A stretch of 248,000 nt of DNA from Hyalangium minutum (GTDB lineage Bacteria > Myxococcota > Myxococcia > Myxococcales > Myxococcaceae), in assembly GCF_000737315.1 (NCBI RefSeq), contig NZ_JMCB01000002.1, positions 268,001-516,000 on the forward strand, read 5' to 3'. The notes under the pieces were generated by a model, which saw only the letters and a list, made by a program, of their open reading frames with translations, had not been told where the DNA came from and did no database searches. Position numbers and translations under genes: made by a program. Below, piece by piece: positions 1-10,051 of the stretch. How positions within the stretch are numbered: the stretch's first letter is position 1; every line of letters begins with the position of its first letter.

Positions 1-533
1 ACCTGCGTCCAGTCATCGCCTCGGGCAATCCGAGCGCCTACGGGAGCGAAGACGTCCCGGCCGTGGAAGGTGGAGGAGAGGCTCGGGGTGAGGTTCCACG
101 CGGAGTTCGTGAGGTGGCGGACCTCGGTGAGGCCCTCCTGGCGCTCGACGAGGGTGATCAGCCCGTTGTCCGGGAGAACGAAGTACTGGCCGCGCTTCGT
201 CTTTGCCACGATGGCGCGGCGATCGCTGCCCACGCCGGGGTCGATGACGGTGACGAACACGGTGCCCGCTGGGTAGTAGGGCGCGGTGCCGGCCAGGAAG
301 CGAGCGCCGTCCAGCACGGAGTAGGGCTCCACATCGTGGGACAGGTCGATGATCCGCAGCCGGGGCTCCAGGCCGAGCATGACGCCTTTGCAGATGGCCA
401 CCGAGTCGTCCCGCTGGCCAAAGTCCGTCATGAAGACGAGCGTGGGTTGCGCGGGGGCAGCGGGCTCTGCGGCGACGGCCTGAAGTGTGGCGAGGAGCGG
501 CAGGAGGAGGACGAGGCGGGAGGCCAGGGGCAT
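1..533 (-). CDS. SAM hydrolase / chlorinase-fluorinase family (DUF62) protein with N-terminal signal peptide; 3' end runs off window
   Basis: Reverse-strand translation MPLASRLVLLLPLL...LVFMTDFGQRDDSVAICKGVM...VIDPGVGS...VLPDNGLI...STFHGRDVFAP matches DUF62 motifs; not listed in the ORF track. Confidence 0.8.
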   Translation of the reverse strand, partial: MPLASRLVLLLPLLATLQAVAAEPAAPAQPTLVFMTDFGQRDDSVAICKGVMLGLEPRLRIIDLSHDVEPYSVLDGARFLAGTAPYYPAGTVFVTVIDPGVGSDRRAIVAKTKRGQYFVLPDNGLITLVERQEGLTEVRHLTNSAWNLTPSLSSTFHGRDVFAPVGARIARGDDWTQ

Positions 534-716
534 GGGGGCATTCTGATGGCCAATTCCTGGCATGGGAACACGTACTACTTGAGAGGGTAAACAGGAGACG
601 GCTTACCCAGGTAAACGAGAGGACGCGCCAGGAGTTCCTGAAATCTCCTCCTGACGCAGGCTACCGTGGACGGTAGTCTCACCCGCCCATCTCACCCTTC
701 GGGAGGACTCTTACCC

Positions 717-1532
717 ATGCGTTCCATGTTGGCCCTGGCCACGGCCGCGGCACTCGCCTCGGGCTGCGTCTCGCAGAGCAAGTACAACGAGCTGTCCGCC
801 GAGGCCGAGAACCTCGACAACCGCCTCAAGGAGGAGAAGGGCGCTCGCGAGCTGGCCGACGCCAAGCTGAAGGAACTGGAGGAGAAGAACGCCGCCCTCG
901 AGCGCGACAAGGAGGCCCTCACCTCCCGCCTCACCACCTCCGAGTCCCGCCTCACCGCCGCCGCCGCTGAGCGCCATGCCCTCGAGCAGAAGAACATCGA
1001 GCTCTCCGCCCTCAATGACGAACTGGCCAAGTCCACCCGCAGGCTCGCCGAGGCCAAAGAGGCCCTCGAGCAGAAGAGCGCCGAGTACGAGAACCTCGCC
1101 CAGAGCCTCAAGAAGGAGATCTCCGAGGGGAAGATCCAGCTCTCCGAGCTCCAGGGCCGGATGACCGTCCAGCTCAAGGACAAGATCCTCTTCGCCTCGG
1201 GCTCCACCCGCGTCAACAAAGAGGGTCAGGACGCCCTTGTGAAGATCGCCGACGCCCTGAAGACCGTGCAGGGCCGCATCATCCGCGTGGAGGGCCACAC
1301 CGACGACGTGCCCACCCCCAAGGACGGCCCGTTCCCCTCCAACTGGGAGCTCAGCCTCGCCCGCGCCATGGCCGTGGTGCGCGCCCTCCAGGACTCGGGC
1401 GTGGACCCCACGGTCCTCTCGGCCGCTGGCTACGGGCAGTACCAGCCCATTGTGCCCAACGACAGTGAGAAGAACCGCAGTCTCAACCGGCGCATTGAAA
1501 TCGTGCTCGCACCCAAAGCGGGAGGGCGTTAG
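717..1532 (+). CDS. OmpA/MotB-family lipoprotein with coiled coil
   Basis: Lipobox LASGC; VEGHTD, NWELSLARA and NRRIEI motifs. Confidence 0.85.
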   Translation: MRSMLALATAAALASGCVSQSKYNELSAEAENLDNRLKEEKGARELADAKLKELEEKNAALERDKEALTSRLTTSESRLTAAAAERHALEQKNIELSALNDELAKSTRRLAEAKEALEQKSAEYENLAQSLKKEISEGKIQLSELQGRMTVQLKDKILFASGSTRVNKEGQDALVKIADALKTVQGRIIRVEGHTDDVPTPKDGPFPSNWELSLARAMAVVRALQDSGVDPTVLSAAGYGQYQPIVPNDSEKNRSLNRRIEIVLAPKAGGR

Positions 1533-1541
1533 ACGGGGGGC

Positions 1542-4157
1542 GTGAAAACGCTCGCCTCCGTCCTTTGTGTCCTCGTGGTTACCGGGGCCATGGCTCAGGC
1601 CCCGGACGCCGGAACTCCCTCTCCCGACGCAGGCGCCCCCACGGGGGTGCTCACCAAGGCTCCCGTCCTCAAGCGTCAGGTCGAGGCGCAGTATCCCCCC
1701 GAAGCCCTCGCGCAGCAGCTCGAGGGCACGGTGGTCATGCTCATCGACATCTCCGAGGCTGGCGCCGTCACGGACGTTGAGGTGACGCAGCCCGCGGGCC
1801 ACGGCTTCGATGAGGCCGCCGTCGCCGCCGTGCGCCAGTTCGAGTTCGAACCCGCCGAGGTGGACAACGTCCCCGCCCCGGTGCGCATCGAGTACGCCTA
1901 TCAGTTCGTCTGGCGCGCCCCACCCCCACCTGAGGGCACCGAGCCCGGGAAGCCTCCGGAGGCCCCGGTGAACTTCAGCGGCCGCGCCCTGGAGCGAGGC
2001 ACCCGCCGCCCGCTTGCCGGCGCCGAGGTGGCCCTGCCCGAGCTGCAGCTCACCACCAGCACGAACGAGGAGGGCCGCTTCTCCTTCCGAGGCGTCCCCG
2101 TGGGCAACCACGAGGTGCTCGTCATCCTCAGCGGGTACGACCGGTTCCGCACCCGGGAGACCATCGCCGAGGGCCAGGAGACGCAGGCCACGTACTACGT
2201 CCAGAGGCGCATCTTCAGCCAGTTCGAGACGGTGGTGCGCAGCGAGCGCGAGCGCAAGGAGGTGACGCGCACCACGCTCCAGGTGGCCGAGATTCAGAAG
2301 GTGCCAGGCACCCAGGGCGACACGCTCAAGGTGGTGCAGAACCTGCCCGGCGTGGCGCGGCCCGCGTTCAACGGCGGCCAGCTCGTCATCCGCGGCACCA
2401 GCCCGAATGACTCGGGTGTGTTCCTCGACGGGCAGCGCATTCCGCTGCTGTACCACTTCGGTGGCTTGACCTCCGTGTACAACTCGGAGCTGCTGGACTC
2501 GCTGGACTACCTGCCCGGCAACTTCTCTTCCTACTTCGGCAACGTCACCGGCGGCGTCATCAACGTGCGCAGCCGCGCCCCGAAGATGGACCGCTTCCAT
2601 GGCACCGTGGGCGTCAACCTCGTCGAGTCCAACGCCGTGCTCGAGGGCCCCATCACCGAGAACCTGGGCATCGCCGTGGCCGGCCGGCGCTCCTACGTGG
2701 ACCTGGTGCTCAAGCTGGTCCCCGAGAACGAGGACGGCCCCTCCATCCAGGTGGCCCCGCGCTACTACGACGCCCAGCTGAAGCTGAACTGGACACCCAG
2801 CAAGCGGCACACCTTCACTCTCCAGGGGCTCACCTCCAATGACACGCTGGGGCTGGTGTTCGACCGGCCCGCGGACCAGGACCCGAGCGTCAACGGCGAC
2901 TTCGAAGTGACGACCGGCTTCAACCAGCTGCGGCTCGGCCACCAGTACAAGGGCGGCGCGCTCACCGTGGAGAGCCAGGGCATGGTGGGCAACACGAAGA
3001 TCGAGTTCACCCTGGGCGATCGCTACCTGCGCATCAACGCGCTGGACTTGGATCTGCGCTCCACCGCCGAGTACACCCTCAGCGAGGCGCTCACCCTGGC
3101 TGCTGGGTTGGACATCCAGTACGCCGACGCCAGCGTGAGGGCGCGCGTGCAGGCTCCGCCTCGCGAGGGCGAGCCCGCGGGCCCGTTGGTGAACGAGGAG
3201 ATCATCACCGCGGACGCGGACTCCTATCAATACTACCCGGGCATCTGGGCCGAGGCGCGTTGGCGCCCGTTCAAGGAACTGCTCGTGGTGCCGGGCCTGC
3301 GCAGCGAGAGCTACCTCTTCGGAGAGCAGAAGGTGAACAAGCGCTCGCTCAACCCACGGCTGGCGGTGCGCTACTCGCTCACGGAGCAGGTGACGCTCAA
3401 GGGAGGCGCGGGCCTGTACCACGGGCCTCCGGCCCAGGAAGAGCCCAACAGCACCTTTGGCAACCCGGAGCTGAAGGCCAAGCGCTCCATCCAGTACAGC
3501 GTGGGCTCCGAGTGGCAGCCCACCCCTGAGTACTTCATCAGCGGCGAGCTCTTCTACAATGACTTGAGCCGCCTCATCGTCAGCTCGGACCGGCTGGTGG
3601 AGCGGGACGGGCAGTTGGTGCCCGAGCGGCTGACCAACGCGGGCACCGGCCGCATCTATGGCTTCGAGCTGCTGGCCCGCCGTGCCCTCACCGAGCGGTT
3701 CTTCGGGTGGGTGGCCTATACCTTCAGCAAGAGCCAGCGGCGGGACAAGCCGGACGCGGCGCTGCGCCTGTTCGACAACGACCAGACGCACGTGCTCACG
3801 GTGATTGGCAGCTACAAGCTGCCCGCGGGCTGGGAGGTGGGCGCGCGCTTCCGCTTCTCCTCGGGCAACCCGCTCACGCCCATCGTCGGCGCCCGAAGGG
3901 ATGACAACACGGATGTCTTCATTCCCGTGTTCGGGCCGGTGAACTCGCAGCGGCTGCCCAACTTCAACCAGTTGGACATCCGCGTGGACAAGAACTTCAT
4001 CTTCGACCAGTGGAGCCTGGATCTCTACGTGGACCTGACCAACGTCTATAACAACCCGGCGAAGGAAGGCCTCCTCTACAACTACAACTACTCCGAGTCG
4101 GCCTTCCTGGAGGGCCTGCCCATCCTGCCGATTTTCGGCGCCAAGGGGAGCTTCTGA
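1542..4157 (+). CDS. TonB_C-fused TonB-dependent receptor
   Basis: N-terminal TonB_C (YPPEALAQQLEGTV), carboxypeptidase-regulatory-like domain, plug (LVIRG), barrel ending in F. Confidence 0.85.
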   Translation: MKTLASVLCVLVVTGAMAQAPDAGTPSPDAGAPTGVLTKAPVLKRQVEAQYPPEALAQQLEGTVVMLIDISEAGAVTDVEVTQPAGHGFDEAAVAAVRQFEFEPAEVDNVPAPVRIEYAYQFVWRAPPPPEGTEPGKPPEAPVNFSGRALERGTRRPLAGAEVALPELQLTTSTNEEGRFSFRGVPVGNHEVLVILSGYDRFRTRETIAEGQETQATYYVQRRIFSQFETVVRSERERKEVTRTTLQVAEIQKVPGTQGDTLKVVQNLPGVARPAFNGGQLVIRGTSPNDSGVFLDGQRIPLLYHFGGLTSVYNSELLDSLDYLPGNFSSYFGNVTGGVINVRSRAPKMDRFHGTVGVNLVESNAVLEGPITENLGIAVAGRRSYVDLVLKLVPENEDGPSIQVAPRYYDAQLKLNWTPSKRHTFTLQGLTSNDTLGLVFDRPADQDPSVNGDFEVTTGFNQLRLGHQYKGGALTVESQGMVGNTKIEFTLGDRYLRINALDLDLRSTAEYTLSEALTLAAGLDIQYADASVRARVQAPPREGEPAGPLVNEEIITADADSYQYYPGIWAEARWRPFKELLVVPGLRSESYLFGEQKVNKRSLNPRLAVRYSLTEQVTLKGGAGLYHGPPAQEEPNSTFGNPELKAKRSIQYSVGSEWQPTPEYFISGELFYNDLSRLIVSSDRLVERDGQLVPERLTNAGTGRIYGFELLARRALTERFFGWVAYTFSKSQRRDKPDAALRLFDNDQTHVLTVIGSYKLPAGWEVGARFRFSSGNPLTPIVGARRDDNTDVFIPVFGPVNSQRLPNFNQLDIRVDKNFIFDQWSLDLYVDLTNVYNNPAKEGLLYNYNYSESAFLEGLPILPIFGAKGSF

Positions 4158-4158
4158 C

Positions 4159-5034
4159 ATGCGCGCGCCTGTTCTTCTCTGCCTGTCCCTGGCGGTGGCC
4201 GCTTGCGGCCCGGAGTTCGAGCTCCAGCAGGAGATCCGCCGTGTCCGCGTGCTGGCCATCAAGGCCGAGCCCGCCGAGATCACCTTCGATCCGGATGCGC
4301 CCGCGCTGCCGCCGCCCGTGGTGTTCAGCGCGCTCGCGGTGGCTCCGGACGAGCGCGACATCGGCGTGACGCTCGCGCTCTGCCGGCCGGGCAATGCCTA
4401 CAGCAGTGAGCTGGAGTGCCCCGGCAAGGATGGCGCAACGCTGCCTCAGGGCGAGCTGTCGCTGCTCGACCCCAACGTGCAGCAGATCCTCCAGGAAACC
4501 GCCGAGGCGGGCGGGGGCGGGGGAGATGGAGGGAGTCTGGACCTCAATGATCCGCAGACGCGCGCCGTGCTGGAGAAGGGCGTGCCGCTCTTCATCGGCT
4601 ACAAGGCCAGCGATGGCTCGGAGACGCCCGAGGGTACGGAAGAGGGCGTGCGCCGGCTGACGCTGAAGCTCACGGCCACGCCCAACCAGAACCCGCGCAT
4701 GGCGGACATCCTCCTGAACGATGCGCCGCTCGCGGGCCCGCTGCCGCTGAGCACCGAGCTGGTGCTCCGGCCGCAGCTCGCCGAGGGCAGCCTGGAGCAG
4801 TACGAGGCGGAGGACGGGCCTCGGACGGAGCAGGTCTTCTACAGCTGGTTCGCCACCGGAGACGGTGAGGTGAAGCAGCTGCGCTCCCTGGAGCCGGTGG
4901 ATGGCAAGCCCGGCGAGCCCACCATCCAGTACGTCACGCCCAGCACGCCCCAGCGTGTGACGATCTACGTGGTGGCCCGGGATGGCCGGGGCGGTGTGGA
5001 CTGGCTGTCGCGCACGCTCGACGTCGGGCCCTGA
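4159..5034 (+). CDS. Lipoprotein coupled to the receptor gene
   Basis: Lipobox VAAC; 1 bp after receptor stop. Confidence 0.7.
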   Translation: MRAPVLLCLSLAVAACGPEFELQQEIRRVRVLAIKAEPAEITFDPDAPALPPPVVFSALAVAPDERDIGVTLALCRPGNAYSSELECPGKDGATLPQGELSLLDPNVQQILQETAEAGGGGGDGGSLDLNDPQTRAVLEKGVPLFIGYKASDGSETPEGTEEGVRRLTLKLTATPNQNPRMADILLNDAPLAGPLPLSTELVLRPQLAEGSLEQYEAEDGPRTEQVFYSWFATGDGEVKQLRSLEPVDGKPGEPTIQYVTPSTPQRVTIYVVARDGRGGVDWLSRTLDVGP

Positions 5035-5035
5035 C

Positions 5036-6310
5036 TCAGGCTCCAGCGGGCTCGGGCCTCTGCAGCGCGGCGGAGGCCCGGCCGAGACCCTCGGCCACCG
5101 AGGTGAAGGCGTCCGCTGTCCTCACGCGCTCCTCGCCAAAGCGGTCCACGTAGAGCTTCCGCACGGCGGGGATCTGCGACGAGCCGCCCGTGAGGAACAC
5201 CGCGTCGATCTCTCCCGCGCCCTGGCACCGGTCCAGCAGCCCCTGTGTCACCTGCTCCAGCTCGGTGAGCAGTGGCTGGCAGAAGGTGTCGAACTCGGCG
5301 CGGGTGATGCGCTCGTGCACGTTGATGCGCGCCTCCTCGAAGTCCAGCGTGGCCTCCTCGGCTTGGGAGAGCCGGACCTTCACCGCCTCGATGGCCCGGA
5401 AGAGCCGGTAGCCCAGGTTCTCCATCACCAGGTCGTACAGGGCCTCGGCCGTCTCCGGCTTTTCGCTGGACTCCAGCATCAGCTCCAGCAGTTCCTGCGT
5501 GGACTTCTCCCGGACGAACGACATCTCGTGCCAGGAGAGCAGCTTGGCCATCACGTGCTGTGGCACCGGCAGCCGCTTGTCCGTGAAGCCTCGTACCTTG
5601 TACGTGGTGCCCGCACCGAACCACGGCAGCAGCTTGTGGCGCATGATCTCCGCGTCGAACCGGTCACCGCCGATCCGCACGCCCGTGGAGCCCACCACGT
5701 CCGGCTTGCGGTCCAGCTTCCCTCGCCGCGAGGGCCCCAGCCGCATCAGCGTCAGGTCCGTGGTGCCCGCGCCGAAGTCCGCCACCAGCACCAGCTCGTC
5801 CCGCGACAGCTGGGCCTCGTAGGCGAGCGCCGCGGCGATGGGCTCGATGAGGAACTGGATGTGCGTGAAGCCCGCCAGCTCCGCTGCCTTGCGCAGCCGC
5901 TGCTCGGCCAGCGTGTCCGCCTCGGGATCCGGCGAGAAGAGGGCCGGGCGTCCCAGCATGACCGCGTCGGGAGGGCTGCCCAGCTGCGTGCCGGCGGCCT
6001 CTCGCACCCGGCGCAGCAGCACTGCCACCAGCTCCTCGATGGTCCACGTGCGGCCGTGCACCTGCGTCGCTCGGAACGAGCGGCTGTGCAGGAAGGACTT
6101 CACCGATTGGATGAAGCGCCCCGCGTTGTCCTCCAAATAGCGGGTGATGGCTTGCTCTCCGGCGTGGGTGGTGCGCTCGTCCTCTGGGAAGAAGAGCACC
6201 GAGCGGAAGAGGCGAGGCTCGGAGGTCCCCAGGGCGATGGGCAGCACCCGTCCATCCGGCAGGGCCGCCGCCGTGTTGCTCGTTCCGAAGTCGAGTCCGC
6301 AGACGTGCAT
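5036..6310 (-). CDS. Hsp70-family protein (YegD-like)
   Basis: GLDFGTSNT, EPIAAA, DFGAGTTD, TGGSSQIP motifs. Confidence 0.9.
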   Translation of the reverse strand: MHVCGLDFGTSNTAAALPDGRVLPIALGTSEPRLFRSVLFFPEDERTTHAGEQAITRYLEDNAGRFIQSVKSFLHSRSFRATQVHGRTWTIEELVAVLLRRVREAAGTQLGSPPDAVMLGRPALFSPDPEADTLAEQRLRKAAELAGFTHIQFLIEPIAAALAYEAQLSRDELVLVADFGAGTTDLTLMRLGPSRRGKLDRKPDVVGSTGVRIGGDRFDAEIMRHKLLPWFGAGTTYKVRGFTDKRLPVPQHVMAKLLSWHEMSFVREKSTQELLELMLESSEKPETAEALYDLVMENLGYRLFRAIEAVKVRLSQAEEATLDFEEARINVHERITRAEFDTFCQPLLTELEQVTQGLLDRCQGAGEIDAVFLTGGSSQIPAVRKLYVDRFGEERVRTADAFTSVAEGLGRASAALQRPEPAGA

Positions 6311-6461
6311 GGCTTCGGGAGATACCGCTGAACCGGGCGGGGCGGTAGCGCCTTCTCGGGTGGCGGCCGGAAGAGCGTGCCCTGGCGCTACGAGCGGCTC
6401 GGGTTGGCGCTCGCAAGGGACTCTCCATCTTTTCTCTGTCTCGTTCACGACAGGAGAGAAC

Positions 6462-7268
6462 ATGAGAATCGGCGCAGGAGGGTGGTCCCTCGGGCTGGCT
6501 GCCTTGCTCCTCACGGCAGGGTGCAAGGAAGGCCGTCCAGTGAGCGGACAAAAACAGGGGGAGCAGGTCTCGGCGGCTCAAGCCGTGGAGCAGGCCCAGA
6601 AGCAGTCCGAGCAGGCCTTCAACCAGGCGAAGGACGCTCAGCGAAAGGCCTCGGAGGAGCAGCGCGATACCGCTCAGGCCCAACGGAATCTGCAGGAGGC
6701 CCAGAAGGACCTGACGAAGGCCCAGGCTCAGGTTCAGAAGGAGGGCAAGGAGGCGCAACAGGCCCAGCAGCAGGCCCAGCAGCAGACGGAGCAGGCCGAG
6801 CAGACGGCAGCCCATGCTCAGCAGAACGCGCTCGAGGCGCAGCGTCAGCAGCAGGCGGAGTTGGCACGGCAAGCCCAGCAGCAAGCCCAGCAGCAGACGG
6901 AGCAGGCCCAGCAACAGGCGCAGGCGTCTTCCGCCCCGAGTCCCGCCACCCAGGCGCAGGGTGAGCAGCTCATCGTCGGCGAGGTCCTCACGGTCAATGA
7001 TCGCGAGGTGCTGGTCAGCAGCCGCGGCGAGCCGCAGATCCGGCTCCAGGTGCAGCCCGGGACGGTGATCACCGTGGATGGCCGCACGGCCCGCGCCGCG
7101 GACATCGAGGAGGGCAGCCAGGTGCGTGCCTCCTACAACACCCAGGCCGGTGAGCCGACCGCGACCCGCATCGAGGTGACCACCTCGCGGCAGCCCGCGA
7201 TGCCCGCCGTACCCGAGAGTGGCCAGTCCGCGCCGGGAGCCCAGCCGGAGCGCCTTCCGCAGAACTGA
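6462..7268 (+). CDS. Gln/Ala-rich coiled-coil lipoprotein
   Basis: Lipobox TAGC; long AQQAQQQ low-complexity segment. Confidence 0.7.
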   Translation: MRIGAGGWSLGLAALLLTAGCKEGRPVSGQKQGEQVSAAQAVEQAQKQSEQAFNQAKDAQRKASEEQRDTAQAQRNLQEAQKDLTKAQAQVQKEGKEAQQAQQQAQQQTEQAEQTAAHAQQNALEAQRQQQAELARQAQQQAQQQTEQAQQQAQASSAPSPATQAQGEQLIVGEVLTVNDREVLVSSRGEPQIRLQVQPGTVITVDGRTARAADIEEGSQVRASYNTQAGEPTATRIEVTTSRQPAMPAVPESGQSAPGAQPERLPQN

Positions 7269-7350
7269 GCAGGGAAGGTGGGGCAAGACAGCTGGGGCAG
7301 CCGGTGGAGGCTGCTCTGGCTGCCCGTGCCAATGCTCGCGGTGGAGGAGC

Positions 7351-7878
7351 TCAGCCCAGCTGGTGCTCGAGGATCAGCTTCTCTGCTTCCGCGGGACCCT
7401 TCCAGCCCAGGATGCGAGCGTCCTTGTCCGTGAAGGCCACCACGGTGAGGAAGAAGTGCTGCAGCTCGTCCCGCTCCCTGCGGGAGAGATCCTCGTGGTT
7501 GCGCAGGTGCTCGGCCCGAAGCGCGGCCACGGGCACCATGAGGAGCCGGTCATTGCGCTCGCGCCCCTTGCCCCGCTTCTTCTTCTCGTCCACGAGGAGC
7601 ACGCCGAGCGGGCGGCATGGAATCACCACCCCGGGCCATGTGGCCAGGTCCCAGTAAACCAGCGCATCCAACGGGTCGCCGTCCGGTCCCTTCGTGCTGG
7701 GGATGAAGCCCCAGTCAAAGGGGTAGCGAAGCCCCTGCGTCAGCGGGCGGCCCACGGTGAAGATCCCCAGCTCCGGTTCGTACTTCAGCTTTACCGTGGA
7801 GCCTCGGGGGGACTCGACAACGACGTGGAAGGAGTCCTTCTTTCCACGCAGGGGCAGCCGCGTGAGATCCGGGCTCAT
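7351..7878 (-). CDS. ppa: Soluble inorganic pyrophosphatase
   Basis: YPFDWGFIPST and DGDPLDALV motifs. Confidence 0.9.
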   Translation of the reverse strand: MSPDLTRLPLRGKKDSFHVVVESPRGSTVKLKYEPELGIFTVGRPLTQGLRYPFDWGFIPSTKGPDGDPLDALVYWDLATWPGVVIPCRPLGVLLVDEKKKRGKGRERNDRLLMVPVAALRAEHLRNHEDLSRRERDELQHFFLTVVAFTDKDARILGWKGPAEAEKLILEHQLG

Positions 7879-8336
7879 ACGGTGCGGGTGGCGCGGGCGG
7901 CGCTCAGGCCTCCGAGGAGATACCAGGCCACGGTGAGCAGCGCGGTGGAGCGCTTCGCCCGCCTCGGGCTCCGGCCCAGGCCGAGAAAGGGTGGGAGCAG
8001 CACCGCGCCCACGCCCGCGAGCGTTCCGAGAAGCACGCCGCGCAGGTAGGGACGGCGCGGGCGGCCCAGAGCCACGAGCGCGTAAAAGAGAGAGTTGCTG
8101 ATGATGTCGCCCACCAGGGCCTGCCGGTGCAGCCGCCGCCCATGGCTGGGGCGGACGCCGAACCAACGGAGCCCCTTCTTCAGCGAGCGCTTGCCGAGCA
8201 CATCCATCCGGGGCGGGTGCGAGAGCACTCGGCGCGCGCCCTCGTGGATCAGCGTGACGGAGAGCGCGCCTGCGAGGCCAGGGCCTAGCGCACTCAGGAA
8301 GCGGCGGGACTCAGGGACAGTTTGGATTTCGCTCAC
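7875..8336 (-). CDS. Small membrane protein
   Basis: Several hydrophobic segments; overlaps ppa start by 4 bp. Confidence 0.6.
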   Translation of the reverse strand: MSEIQTVPESRRFLSALGPGLAGALSVTLIHEGARRVLSHPPRMDVLGKRSLKKGLRWFGVRPSHGRRLHRQALVGDIISNSLFYALVALGRPRRPYLRGVLLGTLAGVGAVLLPPFLGLGRSPRRAKRSTALLTVAWYLLGGLSAARATRTV

Positions 8337-8483
8337 GAGAACCTCCTGGAGAGAGGTGGGCACGGCAGGGCCGTGGAGCCAGGCACCTCTCAGGGAATTC
8401 CCGTCACGCTTGCGCTTGCCCGCTTGGTGGGCACGCATCCCGAGGAGGCTCTCGCTGGAGGCCTCCCCGGAGACATCCGCGCT

Positions 8484-9107
8484 TCAGCGCTGGATGTCCG
8501 GAACCTTCATGCCCTTCTGAACCGCCGGACGAGCGCCCACGCGCTCCAGCCACTGGGCGACGCCCGACAGCGAGGCGAAGGCGTCCGGCAGGACGTTCTT
8601 GAACGCCGCCACCCAGGGATACAGGGCGACGTCCGCGATGGAGTACTCCGCCGCGAAGTAGTCATGGCTGCTCAGGTGGCGATTCATCACGCCCAGCAGC
8701 CGCTTGGACTCATTGCGGTAGCGCTCGAGGGCGAGGGGCACCGGCTGCGGCGCCATGCGCGTGAAGTAGTTGACCTGGCCGAACATCGGGCCCACGCCGC
8801 CCATCTGGAACATCAGCCACTGGAGGACCTCGGCCTTGCGCACCGCATCCGAGGGCATCAGCTTGCCCGTCTTCTCCGCCAGATAGATGAGGATGGCGCC
8901 GGACTCGAACACCTTCAGGCCGCCCGGCACGTCGTGGTCCACGATGGCGGGGATCTTGTTGTTCGGGTTGATGGCGAGGAACTCGGGCTTGAACTGCTCG
9001 CCCTTGGAGATGTCCACCACATGGGTGGTGTAGGGCAGCTTCAGCTCCTCCAGGGCGATGGAGACCTTGCGGCCATTGGGCGTCGCGAACGTGTACAAGT
9101 CGATCAT
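8484..9107 (-). CDS. Glutathione S-transferase (YfcG-like)
   Basis: TPNGRK, NPNNKIPAI, ESGAIL motifs. Confidence 0.9.
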   Translation of the reverse strand: MIDLYTFATPNGRKVSIALEELKLPYTTHVVDISKGEQFKPEFLAINPNNKIPAIVDHDVPGGLKVFESGAILIYLAEKTGKLMPSDAVRKAEVLQWLMFQMGGVGPMFGQVNYFTRMAPQPVPLALERYRNESKRLLGVMNRHLSSHDYFAAEYSIADVALYPWVAAFKNVLPDAFASLSGVAQWLERVGARPAVQKGMKVPDIQR

Positions 9108-9964
9108 GCTTTCACTCCCGTGAGCTCCTCGCTCACCTGCCAGAGCCGCTCCGCGAACTGCTCATTCCGTGCGTCGCTGGAAGGCTTCTTCGGGCGGCAT
9201 TTGATGAAGTACTGACCGGACACTCCCTCGACTTCGGGCGAGGACGCCAAGTACACCGACGTGCGTGCGCCCTGCTCCGCGGTGAGGAAGAAGGCTGCGA
9301 AGGCCTGCACCGCGAAGCGCATCCACCCCTGCGTGTTCTGGCCAAAGCCTGTGCGGACCACGCCCGGGTGAAGGGTGTTCGTCGTCAACTGGGTGCCTTG
9401 GAGCCTGCGGGCCAGCGCCTGGGTGAAGAGGATGTTGGCCAGCTTCGACGTGCCGTACACGCGCATCATCGCGTACGAGCGCTCGCTCTGCAGATCATTG
9501 AAGTCGAGCTTCCCGTAGCGGTGCGCCTCGGAGGAGACGTTCACCACGCGCGCCGGGCCGCTGGCCTTGAGCACATCCATCAGAAGGTGGGTGAGGAGGA
9601 AGGGCGCGAGGTGGTTGATGCCGAACGTGGCCTCGAAGCCATCCTTCGTCACCTGGCGCTCGTGCAGGACGAGTCCCGCGTTGTTGAGCAGCACGTCCAG
9701 CCGCGAGTAGCGGGCCTTGAAGGCCTCGGCGAGCGCGCGCACGTCCTGCAGGGAGGCGAAGTCCGCCTGGAGCGACTCCACCTTCGCGTCCGGGGTGGCG
9801 TGGCGTACCGTGATGAGCGCGGTCTCGAGCCGTCCCTTGTCCCGGCCTGCGAGCACCACGGTGGCGCCCTGGGCCGCCAGGGCTTTGGCCGCCTCCAGTC
9901 CGATGCCATTGGTGGCCCCCGTGACGAGGCACACCTTTCCATCCATTCGTGCGGCGGGTGTCAT
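9104..9964 (-). CDS. SDR oxidoreductase (retinol dehydrogenase-like)
   Basis: TGATNGIG, NNAG, YGTSK motifs. Confidence 0.9.
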   Translation of the reverse strand: MTPAARMDGKVCLVTGATNGIGLEAAKALAAQGATVVLAGRDKGRLETALITVRHATPDAKVESLQADFASLQDVRALAEAFKARYSRLDVLLNNAGLVLHERQVTKDGFEATFGINHLAPFLLTHLLMDVLKASGPARVVNVSSEAHRYGKLDFNDLQSERSYAMMRVYGTSKLANILFTQALARRLQGTQLTTNTLHPGVVRTGFGQNTQGWMRFAVQAFAAFFLTAEQGARTSVYLASSPEVEGVSGQYFIKCRPKKPSSDARNEQFAERLWQVSEELTGVKA

Positions 9965-10051
9965 GGGCACTCCCTCCTGGGTGTCCGATGAGACCGCCTT
10001 GTATATGACGGAGCCCAGCGGCGCGCTTGGAGGAAAGTGCGGGACCGGTGC

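Noticed and set aside
1-533. Fluorinase/chlorinase
   Set aside because: The sequence supports only family membership; most DUF62 members are hydrolases and no halometabolite cluster is nearby.
711-4394. 1227-aa minus-strand ORF, and similar long antisense ORFs (e.g. 89123..91900, 181846..184542, 199733..202300, 137940..140924)
   Set aside because: They shadow well-supported genes on the opposite strand and are Arg/Gly/His-rich artefacts of high GC3 codon bias.
6600-6930. CAG-rich low-complexity tract
   Set aside because: Encodes an ordinary Gln/Ala coiled coil.
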